64,000 nt of DNA from an uncultured Alphaproteobacteria bacterium (GCA_963757395.1 CAVWRK010000008.1:272337-336336); one strand, 5' to 3'. Counted from the first letter of the stretch, positions 1-10,884 are shown. The notes: generated by a model from the letters alone, not told the origin. Made by a program: numbers and translations.

Positions 1-578
1 ACCGCATCCAGGATGGGCGCCGTCGGATTCAGCCTCCTGAGCGCCGCCTCGAGCCGCCCGACCGCATCCGGGCCCGCAAGATCGGTCTTGGTGACCACGA
101 GGCGGTCGGCGACCGCGACCTGCTTCACCGCTTCCGGATTGTCCTCGAGGTGGAGAAAACCGTTCACGGCGTCGACCGTGGTGATGATGCTGCCGAGGCG
201 GACGTGATGGCGGAGCACCGGCTCGGCGATCAGGGTCGAGACGATCGGCGCCGGGTCGGCGAGCCCGGTGGTCTCGATCGCCAACCGCGCAAAGCGCGGC
301 ACTTCACCCCGCTCGCGCTTGCTCAGCAGCGCTCGGATCGCGTCCGCGAGATCGCCCCGGATGGTGCAGCAGACGCAGCCGCTCTGGAGAAGAACGGTCT
401 CGCCGTCGACCGCCTCGAGCAGCAGATGGTCGAGCCCGACCGCGCCGAACTCGTTGACCAGCACCGCGGTATTGGCGAGCTCGGGCGCCTTCAGCAGCCG
501 GTTGAGCAGCGTCGTCTTGCCCGAGCCGAGAAAGCCCGTGATCAGGTTGACCGGGAGCAGTTTCTCGTACTCGGTCAT
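1..578 (-). CDS. CobW/COG0523-family G3E GTPase (metallochaperone-like), partial; C-terminus lies beyond the window start
   Basis: Manual translation from ATG at 578: MTEYEKLLPVNLITGFLGSGKTTLLNRLL (P-loop), followed by the LQSGCVCCTIRGD CxCC motif typical of COG0523 proteins. Not in the ORF track because it runs off the window. Confidence 0.85.
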   Translation of the reverse strand, partial: MTEYEKLLPVNLITGFLGSGKTTLLNRLLKAPELANTAVLVNEFGAVGLDHLLLEAVDGETVLLQSGCVCCTIRGDLADAIRALLSKRERGEVPRFARLAIETTGLADPAPIVSTLIAEPVLRHHVRLGSIITTVDAVNGFLHLEDNPEAVKQVAVADRLVVTKTDLAGPDAVGRLEAALRRLNPTAPILDA

Positions 579-590
579 GCGTTCGCTCCG

Positions 591-3500
591 TCACCTCAGC
601 TCGTCGAGCAGCGCCTTCGCCGCCTTCAGATCGCCGGTCTCGAAGCCTTCGGTGAACAAGCCGTAGGCCGGGGCGAGGAGATCGTGAGCCTTCTGCCGGT
701 CGCCCTGCTCCGCCCACAGCCGGGCGAGGCTGGTCGCGGCACGTAGCTCGAGAGATTTCGCCTGCTGGCTGCGGGCGGTATCGATCGCCCGCAGCAACCA
801 CACGGTCGCGGCGGCGTTCTCACCGGTCTCCGCGAGGACGCTCCCTCGCAGCCGGTACAACTCGGCCTGATAGAGGCACTCGCCGGTCGCGGCGGAGGTC
901 TCGGCCGCACGATCCAACGCAACCAGCGCGTCATCGAACTGACCCAGCCCAAGATGGGCTTCGGCGAGAAAACCAAGAAACTGGGTCCCTTGCAAGCGGG
1001 CACCGATCACATCCCAGGCGGCCAGGCCAGCGCCAAGTTCCACGATGCCCTCGATCTGCTGACCCATGCCGACCAGAGCAAAGCCCCGACATATGCTCGC
1101 ATCCGCGAGGCACTGGGGAAGGGGCTGCTCACGCCCGAGGTCGATTGTCGCCTCGGCGTGTCTGCGCCCCGCGTCGAATTCGCCTCGCAGGTTGTGCAGA
1201 GTCGCGACGTAATTGTGAGCGAAACCGATAGTGCTCGTGTGCGCGAGGCGCTGGCTGAGGGCGAGGCCAGTTTCGACCGTCTGTAAGGCGCGGTCGGGGA
1301 AACCAAGGAACCACAAGGTCCATCCCGAATACAGCCGGGACACGACGCCGGCGCGCTCCGCATAGAGCAGAAGGTGAGAAGGATCCTCCCAGGCCGCGAC
1401 CGCATCGTCGAGCGCGACGCCTTGATCGAGCGTTGCTGCCGCATCGGCGAACCGGCCGAGGAAGAACAGCGTCGAACCCAGAGCGCGTCGAGACAGAGCA
1501 CGGCGCAGCGGCGCCCCCTCCTCCTCGGCCAGCGCCACCAGCCGCTCGGCGAGATCATAGGCCCGCTTGAGTTCGCCGCGTATGAAGTAGCAGTTCCAGA
1601 GCCCTCGCAAGGCTGGAAACAGCTCAGCCGATCGCTTGAGCTGGTCGCACAGGGCCGATGCCCGGCTGTAGGTGCGTTCGACCTCCGGGGCCGCAAAGCC
1701 CTTGGTGGCCATCAGCGGGCCGCCGATCGCCATTCGCAGGGCCAACTCCTCTTCGAGGTGGTTCGAAGCGTTCGGCGGCGTCGCGATCAGTTCCAACCCT
1801 TTGCTCAGGTGTGCGATGGCTTCGACATTGGCGGAGCGTTCGGCCGCGAGCTCGCCGGCACGGCGCCAATAGGGGATGGCCCGCGCCGCCAAGCCCGCAT
1901 CGGTCAGATGACGGGCCAGCACTTCGGGCCCCGCTTCGCCAGCCTCGGTCAGCCGCTCCTCGAGCACCTCCGCGATCAGGGCATGCAGCTTCTGGCGCCT
2001 AGACTTGAGGAGCGACTGGTAGGCCGTATCCTGGACCAGCGCGTGCTTGAAGGTGTAGCGCGCGGCGGGCGGGTTGCCGCGGCGAAAGATCAGCTCGGCG
2101 GATGCCAGTCGGTCGAGGGCGGCGATAAGGTCCGGTTCGGCGAGGTCCGCAACCGCTGCCAGCAAGGCAAAATCGAACTCGCGACCGATGCAGGCCGCCA
2201 TCTGCGCCACCTTCTTGACCTCGGGGATGCAGTCGAGGCGGGCCATCAGGGAATCGTGCAGCGAAGCCGGGATGGTGGTCTCGCCGGTCTCGAGGATCGC
2301 CTTGGTCAGCTCCTCGACGAACAGCGGCACGCCGTCGGTGCGGGCGATGATGGCGTCGATCAACGGGGCGGGCAGCGCCTTGCCCAGGCTCAATCGGGTC
2401 ACGATCGCCGCGGCCCCGGCGCGCCCCAGGCGGTTGAGGGTAAGGCGGGTGACGTGGGGATGGGCGGCGAGGTCGGGTTGCTGATCGGGGCGGCTGGTGA
2501 GCAGGATCAGCACGCGCGCGTCGGCGATCCGGTCGAGACACTGCGCCATCACCTCGAGGGTCGTGGGGTCGACCCAGTGGGCATCCTCGAGCACCACCAG
2601 GACCGGCTGCTGCCTTGCGAGCGCCAGCATCTGAGCGACCAGCGCATCGAGCGTCCGCGCCCGCTGCGCCTGCGGTGTGACGTTGAGCGGGCCGTAGCGG
2701 CTTCCGCCGTCGAGCCCGATCAGGCTTGCGATCAGCGGCGCGGCGGCGTTTCCCGCCCGGGCGAGCAGCGCCTCCAGCTTGTCGAGCCTCGCGTCGCTCG
2801 GATCGTCGGTCGCGATCCCGGCCGCGCGGGTCAGCTGCTGGATCACCGGCCACAGCGCGCTGTCGGCATGATAGGGCGAGCACTGGTAGCGGATGCGCGT
2901 GTGCGGCTCGTCGGCCAGCGCATCGAGCATCGCTCGCGTGAGCCGCGACTTGCCGATCCCGGCTTCAGCCACCAGCAGGACACCCTGGCCCTCGCCGGCC
3001 TTGGCCTGGGTCCAGCGCTCGAGCAGCAGCGCCAGCTCCTGGTCGCGCCCGACCATCGGCAGCAGCGCCGGCCCGCTCTTCGCCTCGAAGCGGCTGGCGG
3101 TCGGCTGCTCGCCGGCGACCGCGAACGCCGCGACCGGATCGGCGATGCCCTTCAGGGGCCGCCCGCCCAGATCCTCCAGATCGAAGCCGGCGTCGAGCAG
3201 TCGGCGGGTCGCTTCGGCGATCACGACCTGACCAGGCGTGGCCAGCGCCTGCAGCCGGGCCGCGAGGTTCGGGGTGTCGCCGACCACGGCCTGCTCCTGG
3301 GCGGCGCCCTCGCCAATCAGATCGCCAACCACCACGAGGCCGGTCGCGATGCCGATTCGGACGGCGAGCAGCTGCCCGTGCGGGCTCGCGATGCCGGCCA
3401 TGGCCCGCACCACCTCCAGGCCGGCTCGGACGGCGCGCTCGGCGTCGTCCTCATGGGCCCTGGGCCAACCGAAATAGGCGAGCACGCCGTCGCCCATGAA

Positions 3501-4043
3501 TTTGGCAACGTGCCCGTCGAAGCGCGCGATCTCGCCCGCGACCGCGTTCTGGTACGCCCGGATGACCTCGCGCATGTCCTCGGGATCGAGCTGCGCCGAC
3601 AGCGTGGTCGAGCCGACCAGATCCACGAACATCACGGTCAGCTGGCGCCGCTCGGCCTCGGACCGCTGCGCCGGCTCGGGCGCAGCGAAGATCGGCACGG
3701 CCGGGCCGTCCGAGAGCTCCTTGATCGCCTTGAGCAGCAGGCGGCGGTGGCCGAGCGAGACGCCGAGGCCCTTCAGATCCTGATCGGTCAGCTCGGGCAG
3801 GACTGCAGGCGCGATGTCGTTGTCGAGGAACGCCTGAGCGTAATGCTCCAGCCCAAGCTCCCGCAGCCAACCCGCGACGTCCAAGGGCCATCCTCGGTGA
3901 TTCTGGCGGCACTTACCTACAGTAGCAGCGCTGGATGACTCCGACCAGCCGACGCGTCCGCCCAACCGCGCTCGAGAGCGGTGATCAGGTCCGGATCGAG
4001 CGGATCGCAGGCGCGCCCGGTGAGCTGTTCGGCGGCCGACCAC
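591..4043 (-). CDS. Multidomain signalling protein: SAM-like domain, class III adenylate/guanylate cyclase, AAA/STAND ATPase, TPR-like C-terminus
   Basis: 1150-aa ORF. SAM-like WLRELGLEHYAQAFLDNDI...LKGLGVSLGHRRLLLKAI; cyclase core RRQLTVMFVDLVGST...AKFMGDGVLAYFG; Walker A AEAGIGKSRL; long helical-repeat tail. An in-frame TTG at 3884 (MDVAGWLRELG) would remove the overlap with the upstream ORF and is the more likely start. Confidence 0.85.
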   Translation of the reverse strand: MVGRRTAHRARLRSARSGPDHRSRARLGGRVGWSESSSAATVGKCRQNHRGWPLDVAGWLRELGLEHYAQAFLDNDIAPAVLPELTDQDLKGLGVSLGHRRLLLKAIKELSDGPAVPIFAAPEPAQRSEAERRQLTVMFVDLVGSTTLSAQLDPEDMREVIRAYQNAVAGEIARFDGHVAKFMGDGVLAYFGWPRAHEDDAERAVRAGLEVVRAMAGIASPHGQLLAVRIGIATGLVVVGDLIGEGAAQEQAVVGDTPNLAARLQALATPGQVVIAEATRRLLDAGFDLEDLGGRPLKGIADPVAAFAVAGEQPTASRFEAKSGPALLPMVGRDQELALLLERWTQAKAGEGQGVLLVAEAGIGKSRLTRAMLDALADEPHTRIRYQCSPYHADSALWPVIQQLTRAAGIATDDPSDARLDKLEALLARAGNAAAPLIASLIGLDGGSRYGPLNVTPQAQRARTLDALVAQMLALARQQPVLVVLEDAHWVDPTTLEVMAQCLDRIADARVLILLTSRPDQQPDLAAHPHVTRLTLNRLGRAGAAAIVTRLSLGKALPAPLIDAIIARTDGVPLFVEELTKAILETGETTIPASLHDSLMARLDCIPEVKKVAQMAACIGREFDFALLAAVADLAEPDLIAALDRLASAELIFRRGNPPAARYTFKHALVQDTAYQSLLKSRRQKLHALIAEVLEERLTEAGEAGPEVLARHLTDAGLAARAIPYWRRAGELAAERSANVEAIAHLSKGLELIATPPNASNHLEEELALRMAIGGPLMATKGFAAPEVERTYSRASALCDQLKRSAELFPALRGLWNCYFIRGELKRAYDLAERLVALAEEEGAPLRRALSRRALGSTLFFLGRFADAAATLDQGVALDDAVAAWEDPSHLLLYAERAGVVSRLYSGWTLWFLGFPDRALQTVETGLALSQRLAHTSTIGFAHNYVATLHNLRGEFDAGRRHAEATIDLGREQPLPQCLADASICRGFALVGMGQQIEGIVELGAGLAAWDVIGARLQGTQFLGFLAEAHLGLGQFDDALVALDRAAETSAATGECLYQAELYRLRGSVLAETGENAAATVWLLRAIDTARSQQAKSLELRAATSLARLWAEQGDRQKAHDLLAPAYGLFTEGFETGDLKAAKALLDELR

Positions 4044-4285
4044 ATCCCGACCAGGTTCTGAACCAGCGCCTGGCGCCCCGTTGCGCCGCGCAGGACGTAG
4101 CTTTGGCCCTGGAAGTCGGCGAGCTGCAGGCGATAGTGCCGGAGGATGCGGTTGGCGAGCGCGATCCGCGCCTGGCGCTCCTGGCGCCGGGTCGGCCGGA
4201 CCGGGCGGCTCTGGAATGCCTCAGGCTGTGCGGCGGTATCGGTCCAATGGGTTTCGCCGCCGAGCACGCCGCACAGGCCGCACAT
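3917..4285 (-). CDS. Hypothetical protein, 122 aa, N-terminus MCGLCGVLGG
   Basis: ORF starts 13 nt after the deacetylase stop, with GGAG 9 nt upstream. Balanced composition, unlike the antisense GC-artefact ORFs. No family recognised. Confidence 0.5.
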   Translation of the reverse strand: MCGLCGVLGGETHWTDTAAQPEAFQSRPVRPTRRQERQARIALANRILRHYRLQLADFQGQSYVLRGATGRQALVQNLVGMWSAAEQLTGRACDPLDPDLITALERGWADASAGRSHPALLL

Positions 4286-4297
4286 CGGATGCGCTCC

Positions 4298-5197
4298 CTA
4301 CGACACCGGCCGGGCAGGCTGGTGGCGCGGGTAGCGTTTGAGAAAATCGTCGGCGATCGCCTCGAAGGTCGTGAAGCGGACGCCCGGGTGCTTGCTGATG
4401 TGCGCGAACAGGCGCTCGTGCATGGTCAACACGTGTGGCTTGCCGGAGACGTCGGGGTGGATGGTCATCGTGAACACCGCATAGTCGTACTCGCGGTAGA
4501 CCCAGTCGAACTGCTCGCGCCAGAAGTCCTCGACGTCGCGTGGATTCGTGAAGCCGTAGCTGTTGGGCGCGGCCTTGATGAACATCATTGGCGGCAGATC
4601 GTCGAGGGTCCAGGACGCCGGGATGTTGACCAGATCGGTCTCGCGGCCGCGCACCAGCGGCTTCATCCAGTGGCTCGGATGCTTGGAAAAATCGATCTTG
4701 GTCCAGCTGTCGCCGACCCGCGTGTAAAACGGGTGAAAATCGTTGTGCATCAGGGAGTGGTCGTACTTGATGCCCTTGGCCAGCAGCAGCTCGTTGGTCT
4801 TGGGGCCGAACTCCCACCAGGGGGCGACGTAGCCGCGGGGCGATTTTCCACAAAGCTTGACGATGCACTCGATGCACTTGTCGAAGACGGCCTCCTCCTG
4901 CTCAGGCGTCATGGCGACCGGGTTCTCATGGGAATAGCCGTGCATGCCGATCTCGTGGCCGGCATCGGCGACCGCCTGCATCTGCTCGGGGAAGGTCTCG
5001 ATCGAGTGCGCCGGGATGAACCAGGTGGTCTTGATTCCGAAGCGCTCGAACAGGCGGAGCAGGCGCGGCGAGCCGACCTCGCCCGAGAACATGCCGCGCG
5101 AGATGTCACAAGGGGAATCCTCGCCGCCGTAGGATCCCAGCCAGCCGGCGACCGCATCGACATCGACGCCGTAGGCACAGAAGATTTCCTTGGCCAT
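4298..5197 (-). CDS. Polysaccharide deacetylase (NodB/CE4) family protein
   Basis: 300 aa from ATG 5197 with a GGAGGGG SD: [19 protein letters not shown]..., with [11 protein letters not shown] and HGYSHE NodB-type motifs. The 128-aa upstream extension of the 427-aa track ORF is Arg/Pro-rich and unlikely to be coding. Confidence 0.8.
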   Translation of the reverse strand: MAKEIFCAYGVDVDAVAGWLGSYGGEDSPCDISRGMFSGEVGSPRLLRLFERFGIKTTWFIPAHSIETFPEQMQAVADAGHEIGMHGYSHENPVAMTPEQEEAVFDKCIECIVKLCGKSPRGYVAPWWEFGPKTNELLLAKGIKYDHSLMHNDFHPFYTRVGDSWTKIDFSKHPSHWMKPLVRGRETDLVNIPASWTLDDLPPMMFIKAAPNSYGFTNPRDVEDFWREQFDWVYREYDYAVFTMTIHPDVSGKPHVLTMHERLFAHISKHPGVRFTTFEAIADDFLKRYPRHQPARPVS

Positions 5198-5604
5198 CTC
5201 GCCCCTCCGCGCTGTGTTGTTGGGTCGACTGTTCGTTGTGCCCGCCGGGATCGCCGAACGGGCCAGGAATGGTAGCCGAGGTTTCGGGGATGGCAAGACG
5301 ACAAACGGCAGCGGCGCCGACGTGTTCGCCGATCCGACCGGCAGGATCTCCGCCCCCGGCCTGCTCGCGATAGTCCCGGTTCGCCGGCGCCCGCCAGGTG
5401 ATCGACATCTCCGGCAAGCGCCCGAGCAGCTCCGGCACCGCGCCGCCGCCGGGACCGATTCGCGGTCGGGCCCGATTCGGCAGCTTGCGGTCACGGCGCC
5501 GGGACGGCAAGATTGGCGGCAATCGCGGCGGCGTTCTGCGCCCGCCGCGTAACCGGTGAGCCGCTCACAGGGCGAGCCCAACCAAGGATCCCAAGGAGGC
5601 TCTG

Positions 5605-6927
5605 ATGTCCGACCAACGAACGACGGCCAAAAGCAGTGCTACCGAGCCGACCGGCGGCTGGAGCCGTCGCTCGATCCTCAAGGGTGCCGCCGCGAGCGCG
5701 GGCGTCGCCGCGGGCTCCGGCGCGATCACCGGCTTTCCGACGATCTGGGCGCAGAACATCAAGGACATCACGCTGCTCCAGGTCGGCGGCTCCTACTCCG
5801 CCATCATCGACATCGGGCGCAAGGCGAGCGAGGACCTGGGCTTCAAGATCGAGATGCAGAACGCCGACCACGCCGCCCTGCTCAACCGCCTGGTCAGCCA
5901 GCCGGAGTCGCTGGACATCGCGGACACCGAATTCTTCTTCCTGAACTACACGGTGCCGCGCGGCATCGTCCAGGCGGTCGACCTCAGCAAGTACAAGTGG
6001 TGGGACAAGGTCGTGCCGATCTTCACCAAAGGCCAGTATCCGGACGGTCGCGAGGTCTCGCGCCAGGGGATCAACCCCTACGAGGTCCAATACGTCGAGA
6101 AGCCGGGCGACACCAAGTTCGCCAAGGGCCCGACCGGCTGGGTGACCGGAATCCCGACCGTCTACAACGCCGACACGCTCGGCCTGCGGCCGGACCTGAT
6201 CAACCGTCCGATCGAGCACTGGCACGAGCTGCTCAATCCGGAGTTCGCCGGCAAGACCGCGCTCGTCGACGTGCCCCAGATCGGCATCATGGACGCCGCC
6301 ATGGCGATCGAATCCCGCGGCGACATCAAGTACGCCGACAAGGGCAACATGACCAAGGACGAGATCGACCAGACCATCGATATCCTGGTCGCGGCCAAGA
6401 AGGCCGGCCAGTTCCGTGCCTTCTGGTCGACCTTCGACGAGAGCGTGAACCTGATGGCCTCGAGCGAGGTGGTCCTGCAGTCGATGTGGTCGCCCGCGGT
6501 CACCGCGGTGCGCGCGCGCGGCATCCCCTGCTACTACGTGCCGCTCAAGGAGGGCTACCGGGCCTGGGGCAGCTGCATCGCGCCGATGGCCCACCTCGAG
6601 GGTCTCAAGCTCGACGCCGCCTACGAGTATCTCAACTGGTACCAGTCCGGCTGGCAGGGCGGCTTCATCGCCAAGCAGGGCTACTACACCTCGGTGCCGG
6701 AGACCGCCAAGCAGTTCATGACCCAGGACGAGTGGGACTACTGGTACGAAGGCAAGCCCGCCAAGGAGGTGATCAAGGATCCCTACGGCAACGTCATGGA
6801 GCAGCCGGGCCGGGTGCGCGACGGCGGCTCGTTCTGGGAACGGATGGGCAATGTCGCCTGCTGGAACACGCTGATGGACGAGAACCGCTACATGATCAAA
6901 CGCTGGAACGAGTTCGTCGCGGCCTGA
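5605..6927 (+). CDS. ABC transporter periplasmic substrate-binding protein (PotD/family-1-like) with Tat-type signal
   Basis: 440 aa, AAGGAGG SD, twin-arginine signal [20 protein letters not shown], followed by two permeases and an ATPase. Confidence 0.85.
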   Translation: MSDQRTTAKSSATEPTGGWSRRSILKGAAASAGVAAGSGAITGFPTIWAQNIKDITLLQVGGSYSAIIDIGRKASEDLGFKIEMQNADHAALLNRLVSQPESLDIADTEFFFLNYTVPRGIVQAVDLSKYKWWDKVVPIFTKGQYPDGREVSRQGINPYEVQYVEKPGDTKFAKGPTGWVTGIPTVYNADTLGLRPDLINRPIEHWHELLNPEFAGKTALVDVPQIGIMDAAMAIESRGDIKYADKGNMTKDEIDQTIDILVAAKKAGQFRAFWSTFDESVNLMASSEVVLQSMWSPAVTAVRARGIPCYYVPLKEGYRAWGSCIAPMAHLEGLKLDAAYEYLNWYQSGWQGGFIAKQGYYTSVPETAKQFMTQDEWDYWYEGKPAKEVIKDPYGNVMEQPGRVRDGGSFWERMGNVACWNTLMDENRYMIKRWNEFVAA

Positions 6928-6946
6928 TCCTCGACCTCGAGCAAGG

Positions 6947-6966
6947 GGGGCGGCTGCGGCCGCCCC
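6947..6966 (+). promoter_or_regulatory. Intercistronic GC-rich stem-loop between the binding-protein and permease genes
   Basis: GGGGCGGC-tgcg-GCCGCCCC, a perfect 8-bp stem 20 nt after the SBP stop with no T-run. Such hairpins commonly set SBP/permease mRNA ratios in ABC operons. Confidence 0.4.
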
Positions 6967-6993
6967 GTTCCCTCCATCGCGCCGCCGGACCCG

Positions 6994-7854
6994 ATGCCGA
7001 TACCCGAGCGCCTGATCCCCTATCTCCAGGTCCTGCCGCTGACCCTGGTCCTCCTGCTGTTCCTCGGGGTGCCGCTGGCGATCGTGGTCGTGGTCAGCTT
7101 CTTCGACTTCGACATCGTCTCCCTGATTCCGACCTTCACGCTTGAGAACTACCTCGAGCTGTTCAGCTCGCGGCTGACCCTGGACCTCTACCTCAGCACC
7201 TTGAAATACGCGCTGATCGTCTGGGCGATCACGCTCGTGATCGGCTTCACGGTCGCCTATTTCCTGGTCTTCCACGTCAGGAGCCTGCTCTGGCAGATCG
7301 CGCTGTTCCTGGTGTGCACGGTGCCGTTTTGGACCTCCAACATCATCCGGATGATCTCCTGGATCCCGTTCCTCGGCCTGAACGGCATCTTCAACCAGAG
7401 CCTGATCGCGCTCGGCATCGTCGACCACCCGCTCGCCTTCCTGCTGTTCTCGGATTTCGCGGTGGTCACGGCCTACGTCCACCTGTTCACGCTGTTCATG
7501 ATCGTGCCGATCTTCAACGCGATGGCGCGGATCGATCCGGCGATCGTCGAGGCCGCGCGCGACGGCGGCGCCGGCGGCTTTCGGATCCTGACCACGATCG
7601 TGATCCCGCTCTCCAAGACCGGCATCGCACTCGGCTCGATCTTCGTGATCGCGCTGGTCATGGGCGACTTCTTCGTCGTCAAGATCATGAGCGGCGGCCA
7701 GAGCGGCAACGTCGTGTTCGCGATGTCGAACGAGATCGCGATGCTCCAATACCCGCCGGCGGCGGCGAGTGCGGTGGTCCTGATCGTGATCGTCTCGCTG
7801 ATGGTCGCGGCGATTCTCCGGGTCGTCGACGTCCGCCGCGAGCTGGCGGGCTGA
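6994..7854 (+). CDS. ABC transporter permease (PotB-like)
   Basis: 286 aa, multiple TM segments, EAA-loop-like IVEAARDGGAGGFRILTTIVIPL. Confidence 0.85.
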   Translation: MPIPERLIPYLQVLPLTLVLLLFLGVPLAIVVVVSFFDFDIVSLIPTFTLENYLELFSSRLTLDLYLSTLKYALIVWAITLVIGFTVAYFLVFHVRSLLWQIALFLVCTVPFWTSNIIRMISWIPFLGLNGIFNQSLIALGIVDHPLAFLLFSDFAVVTAYVHLFTLFMIVPIFNAMARIDPAIVEAARDGGAGGFRILTTIVIPLSKTGIALGSIFVIALVMGDFFVVKIMSGGQSGNVVFAMSNEIAMLQYPPAAASAVVLIVIVSLMVAAILRVVDVRRELAG

Positions 7855-7859
7855 GCGCC

Positions 7860-8717
7860 ATGGCACAGCCGCGCTCGGGCCGGCGTCCCTGGACGTTCTA
7901 TGCGCTGGCAGCGTTCTTCACGCTGTTCGTCCTGTTCCTCTACGGCCCGATGTCGGCGATCTACATCCTCTCGTTCCAGGGCCCGAGCGGCGGCCTGACC
8001 TTCCCGCTCAACGGCGTCTCGCTGAACTGGTTCTATGCGCTCTTCCTGCAGCAGCGGACCGGCGACATCGCGGGCTCGTTCGCGCGCTCGATCGCGCTGG
8101 CGCTGATCGTGCTCGCACTCACGGTCGTGATCTCGGTGATGGCCGGGCTCGCCTTCCGCCGGCGCTTCTTCGGCGCCGGCGTCATCTTCTACATGGCGAT
8201 CGCCAGCCTGATCATGCCGGGCCTCCTGGTCAGCCTCGGCATCGGCCTGATGTTCCAGTTCCTCGGCATCAAGACCAGCTGGTACACCTCGGCGCTCGGC
8301 GCCCATCTGACCTGGACCCTGCCGTTCGGCCTGCTGATCATGTTCGCCGTCTTCAGCCGCTTCAACCGCGCCTACGAGGAGGCGGCGCGCGACCTCGGCG
8401 CCAGCAGGTGGGCGATCCTCTGGACGATCGTGCTGCCGATCCTGCTGCCCGGCATGATCGCGGTCGCCCTGTTCGGCTTCACGCTCTCCTACGACGAGTT
8501 CCCGCGCACCTCGATCGCGGTCGGCCCCAGCAACACGCTGCCGCTCGAGATCTGGAACATGACCACCAACGTCACCTCGCCCGCCCTCTACGCGATCGGC
8601 ACCGTGACCACCGCAGTCTCGTTCCTGGTGATCGCGCTGGCCCTCGGCTCGATCGCGCTGATCCAGAAGCGGCGCACCCGCAGGCTGCGTGCGCACGCCC
8701 GAGCGCGGCGCCTGACC
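7860..8717 (+). CDS. ABC transporter permease (PotC-like); no in-frame stop before the ATPase start
   Basis: ATG 7860: MAQPRSGRRPWTFYALAAFFTLFVLFLYGP..., with EAA loop YEEAARDLGASRWAILWTIVLPIL. The Arg-rich tail QKRRTRRLRAHARARRLT runs in frame into ATG 8718. Confidence 0.8.
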
Positions 8718-9891
<1,174 letters not shown>

Positions 9892-9948
9892 CCCCCGGCC
9901 GGCCACGACGCCGCGAGCCGGCGCTGCCCCGGCCTCTGGCCCCGCGCG

Positions 9949-9991
9949 GACCGGCCCACGCTCGGAGCCGGTCGGGTGATTTATTCTTCTT
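9949..9991 (+). terminator. Candidate rho-independent terminator after the ABC operon
   Basis: GACCGGC-11 nt-GCCGGTC stem followed by gggtgaTTTaTTcTTcTT. Confidence 0.45.
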
Positions 9992-10069
9992 GAAAGACCC
10001 GGTTGCATGCCAGAATGCAATCTGTCGCGCCAAGGGGAGCATAGCGAACCGCCGGCGAAGGAGATCACG

Positions 10070-10430
10070 ATGCGCATCTCTGGTCGCGAGGTCCTGGCAG
10101 GCATAGCCGCGCTCGGATTGCTCATCATGATTGTGGTCGCGATGGCCTTCGGTGGCGCGGGTCGGATTCCTCGGCATCGGCCTCATCGGCCTGCTGACGT
10201 GGTTCATCTGCGTGCGAGTTGAGCTGGAAAAGGACGGCGCGGTCGGAAACGTCTTCACAACCGGCCTTTATGCCCAACAGATGCGCGCCCGGGAGGTCAT
10301 GACCAGAACCGAGAAGGCGGCCGAAAGGCACGAGCAAACGGTGCTGCTTCAGTCTCTGCGCTTCTTCAAGCGGCTCGGCATCGGCCTGGCCGCAATCGGC
10401 TTCAGGATGTTCGCCCTCTACCAACTGTAG
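10070..10430 (+). CDS. Small hydrophobic protein; either one frame-disrupted about 120-aa gene or two short overlapping ORFs
   Basis: ATG 10070 has a strong AAGGAG SD (MRISGREVLAGIAALGLLIMIVVAMAFGGAG). Near 10157-10162 the hydrophobic reading continues in another frame (VGFLGIGLIGLLTWFICVRVELEKDG...IGLAAIGFRMFALYQL, stop 10430). Confidence 0.3.
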
Positions 10431-10601
10431 CCCGCAACGCCTCGGACCTGGGTCAAGCGGTCTACGTTTTCCCTTTTCCCCTTTTGACACGTTTTCCCTT
10501 TCGACCTGTTTGTGCCCGTCCCCGCAACGCCTCGCGCTCGTCCCCGCAGCGCCTCGCGCTCGTCCCTGTTCGCGCTCGTTCCCGCAGCGCCTCGCGATCA
10601 G
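10431..10601. repeat. Short intergenic repeat array (22-nt unit CCCCGCARCGCCTCGCGCTCGT plus GTTTTCCCTTT repeats)
   Basis: Units at 10520-10541 and 10542-10563 are tandem and differ by 1 nt. A diverged unit lies at 10580-10601 and a partial copy (cccgcaacgcctcgg) at 10431-10445 directly after a stop codon. GTTTTCCCTTT occurs twice at about 10464 and 10490. Confidence 0.6.
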
Positions 10602-10884
10602 CCCTGTTCACCGTAGCGCCGGCCGCCCCCACCCCTCCGCCTTTGGGCCGGGCACGGATTCCCACGGTCCCATGGACCCACCGAAAAAGACGTTAACGGG
10701 CCATCGTTAGGATTTGGTTAACGCCCCGCGCCCCATCGCTCGCCCGTTCGAACCTGCCGGGGTCGCCGCCCTGGGCCGCCCCGCCCGGGGTCCGATTCAG
10801 CTCGAACAGCCGCGCCAGGATCTCCTCATCCGCCAGCCCGCGGGCCAGCCACAGGCGGCCGCGACGACGGCATCCAGCTCCTTG

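Noticed and set aside
1374-3938. Very long ORFs antisense to recognised genes, for example 1374-3938 (+), 5491-7866 (-), 7473-9644 (-), 42047-44212 (-), 47206-48804 (-), 59941-61641 (-), 61819-63561 (-)
   Set aside because: They lie opposite genes with clear family motifs and are extremely Arg/Ala/Gly/Pro/Asp-rich with no motifs. This is the expected stop-codon-poor antisense frame of high-GC DNA.
10431-10601. Possible CRISPR array
   Set aside because: The repeats are 22 nt and directly abutting with no unique spacers, there are only 3-4 units, and no cas genes are present.
10693-10870. Calling the minus-strand reading ...LWLARGLADEEILARLFELNRT... a methyltransferase C-terminal fragment as a feature
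   Set aside because: Only about 20 residues resemble the C-terminal helix of MmeI-like enzymes, so it is mentioned in the island finding as a possibility only.
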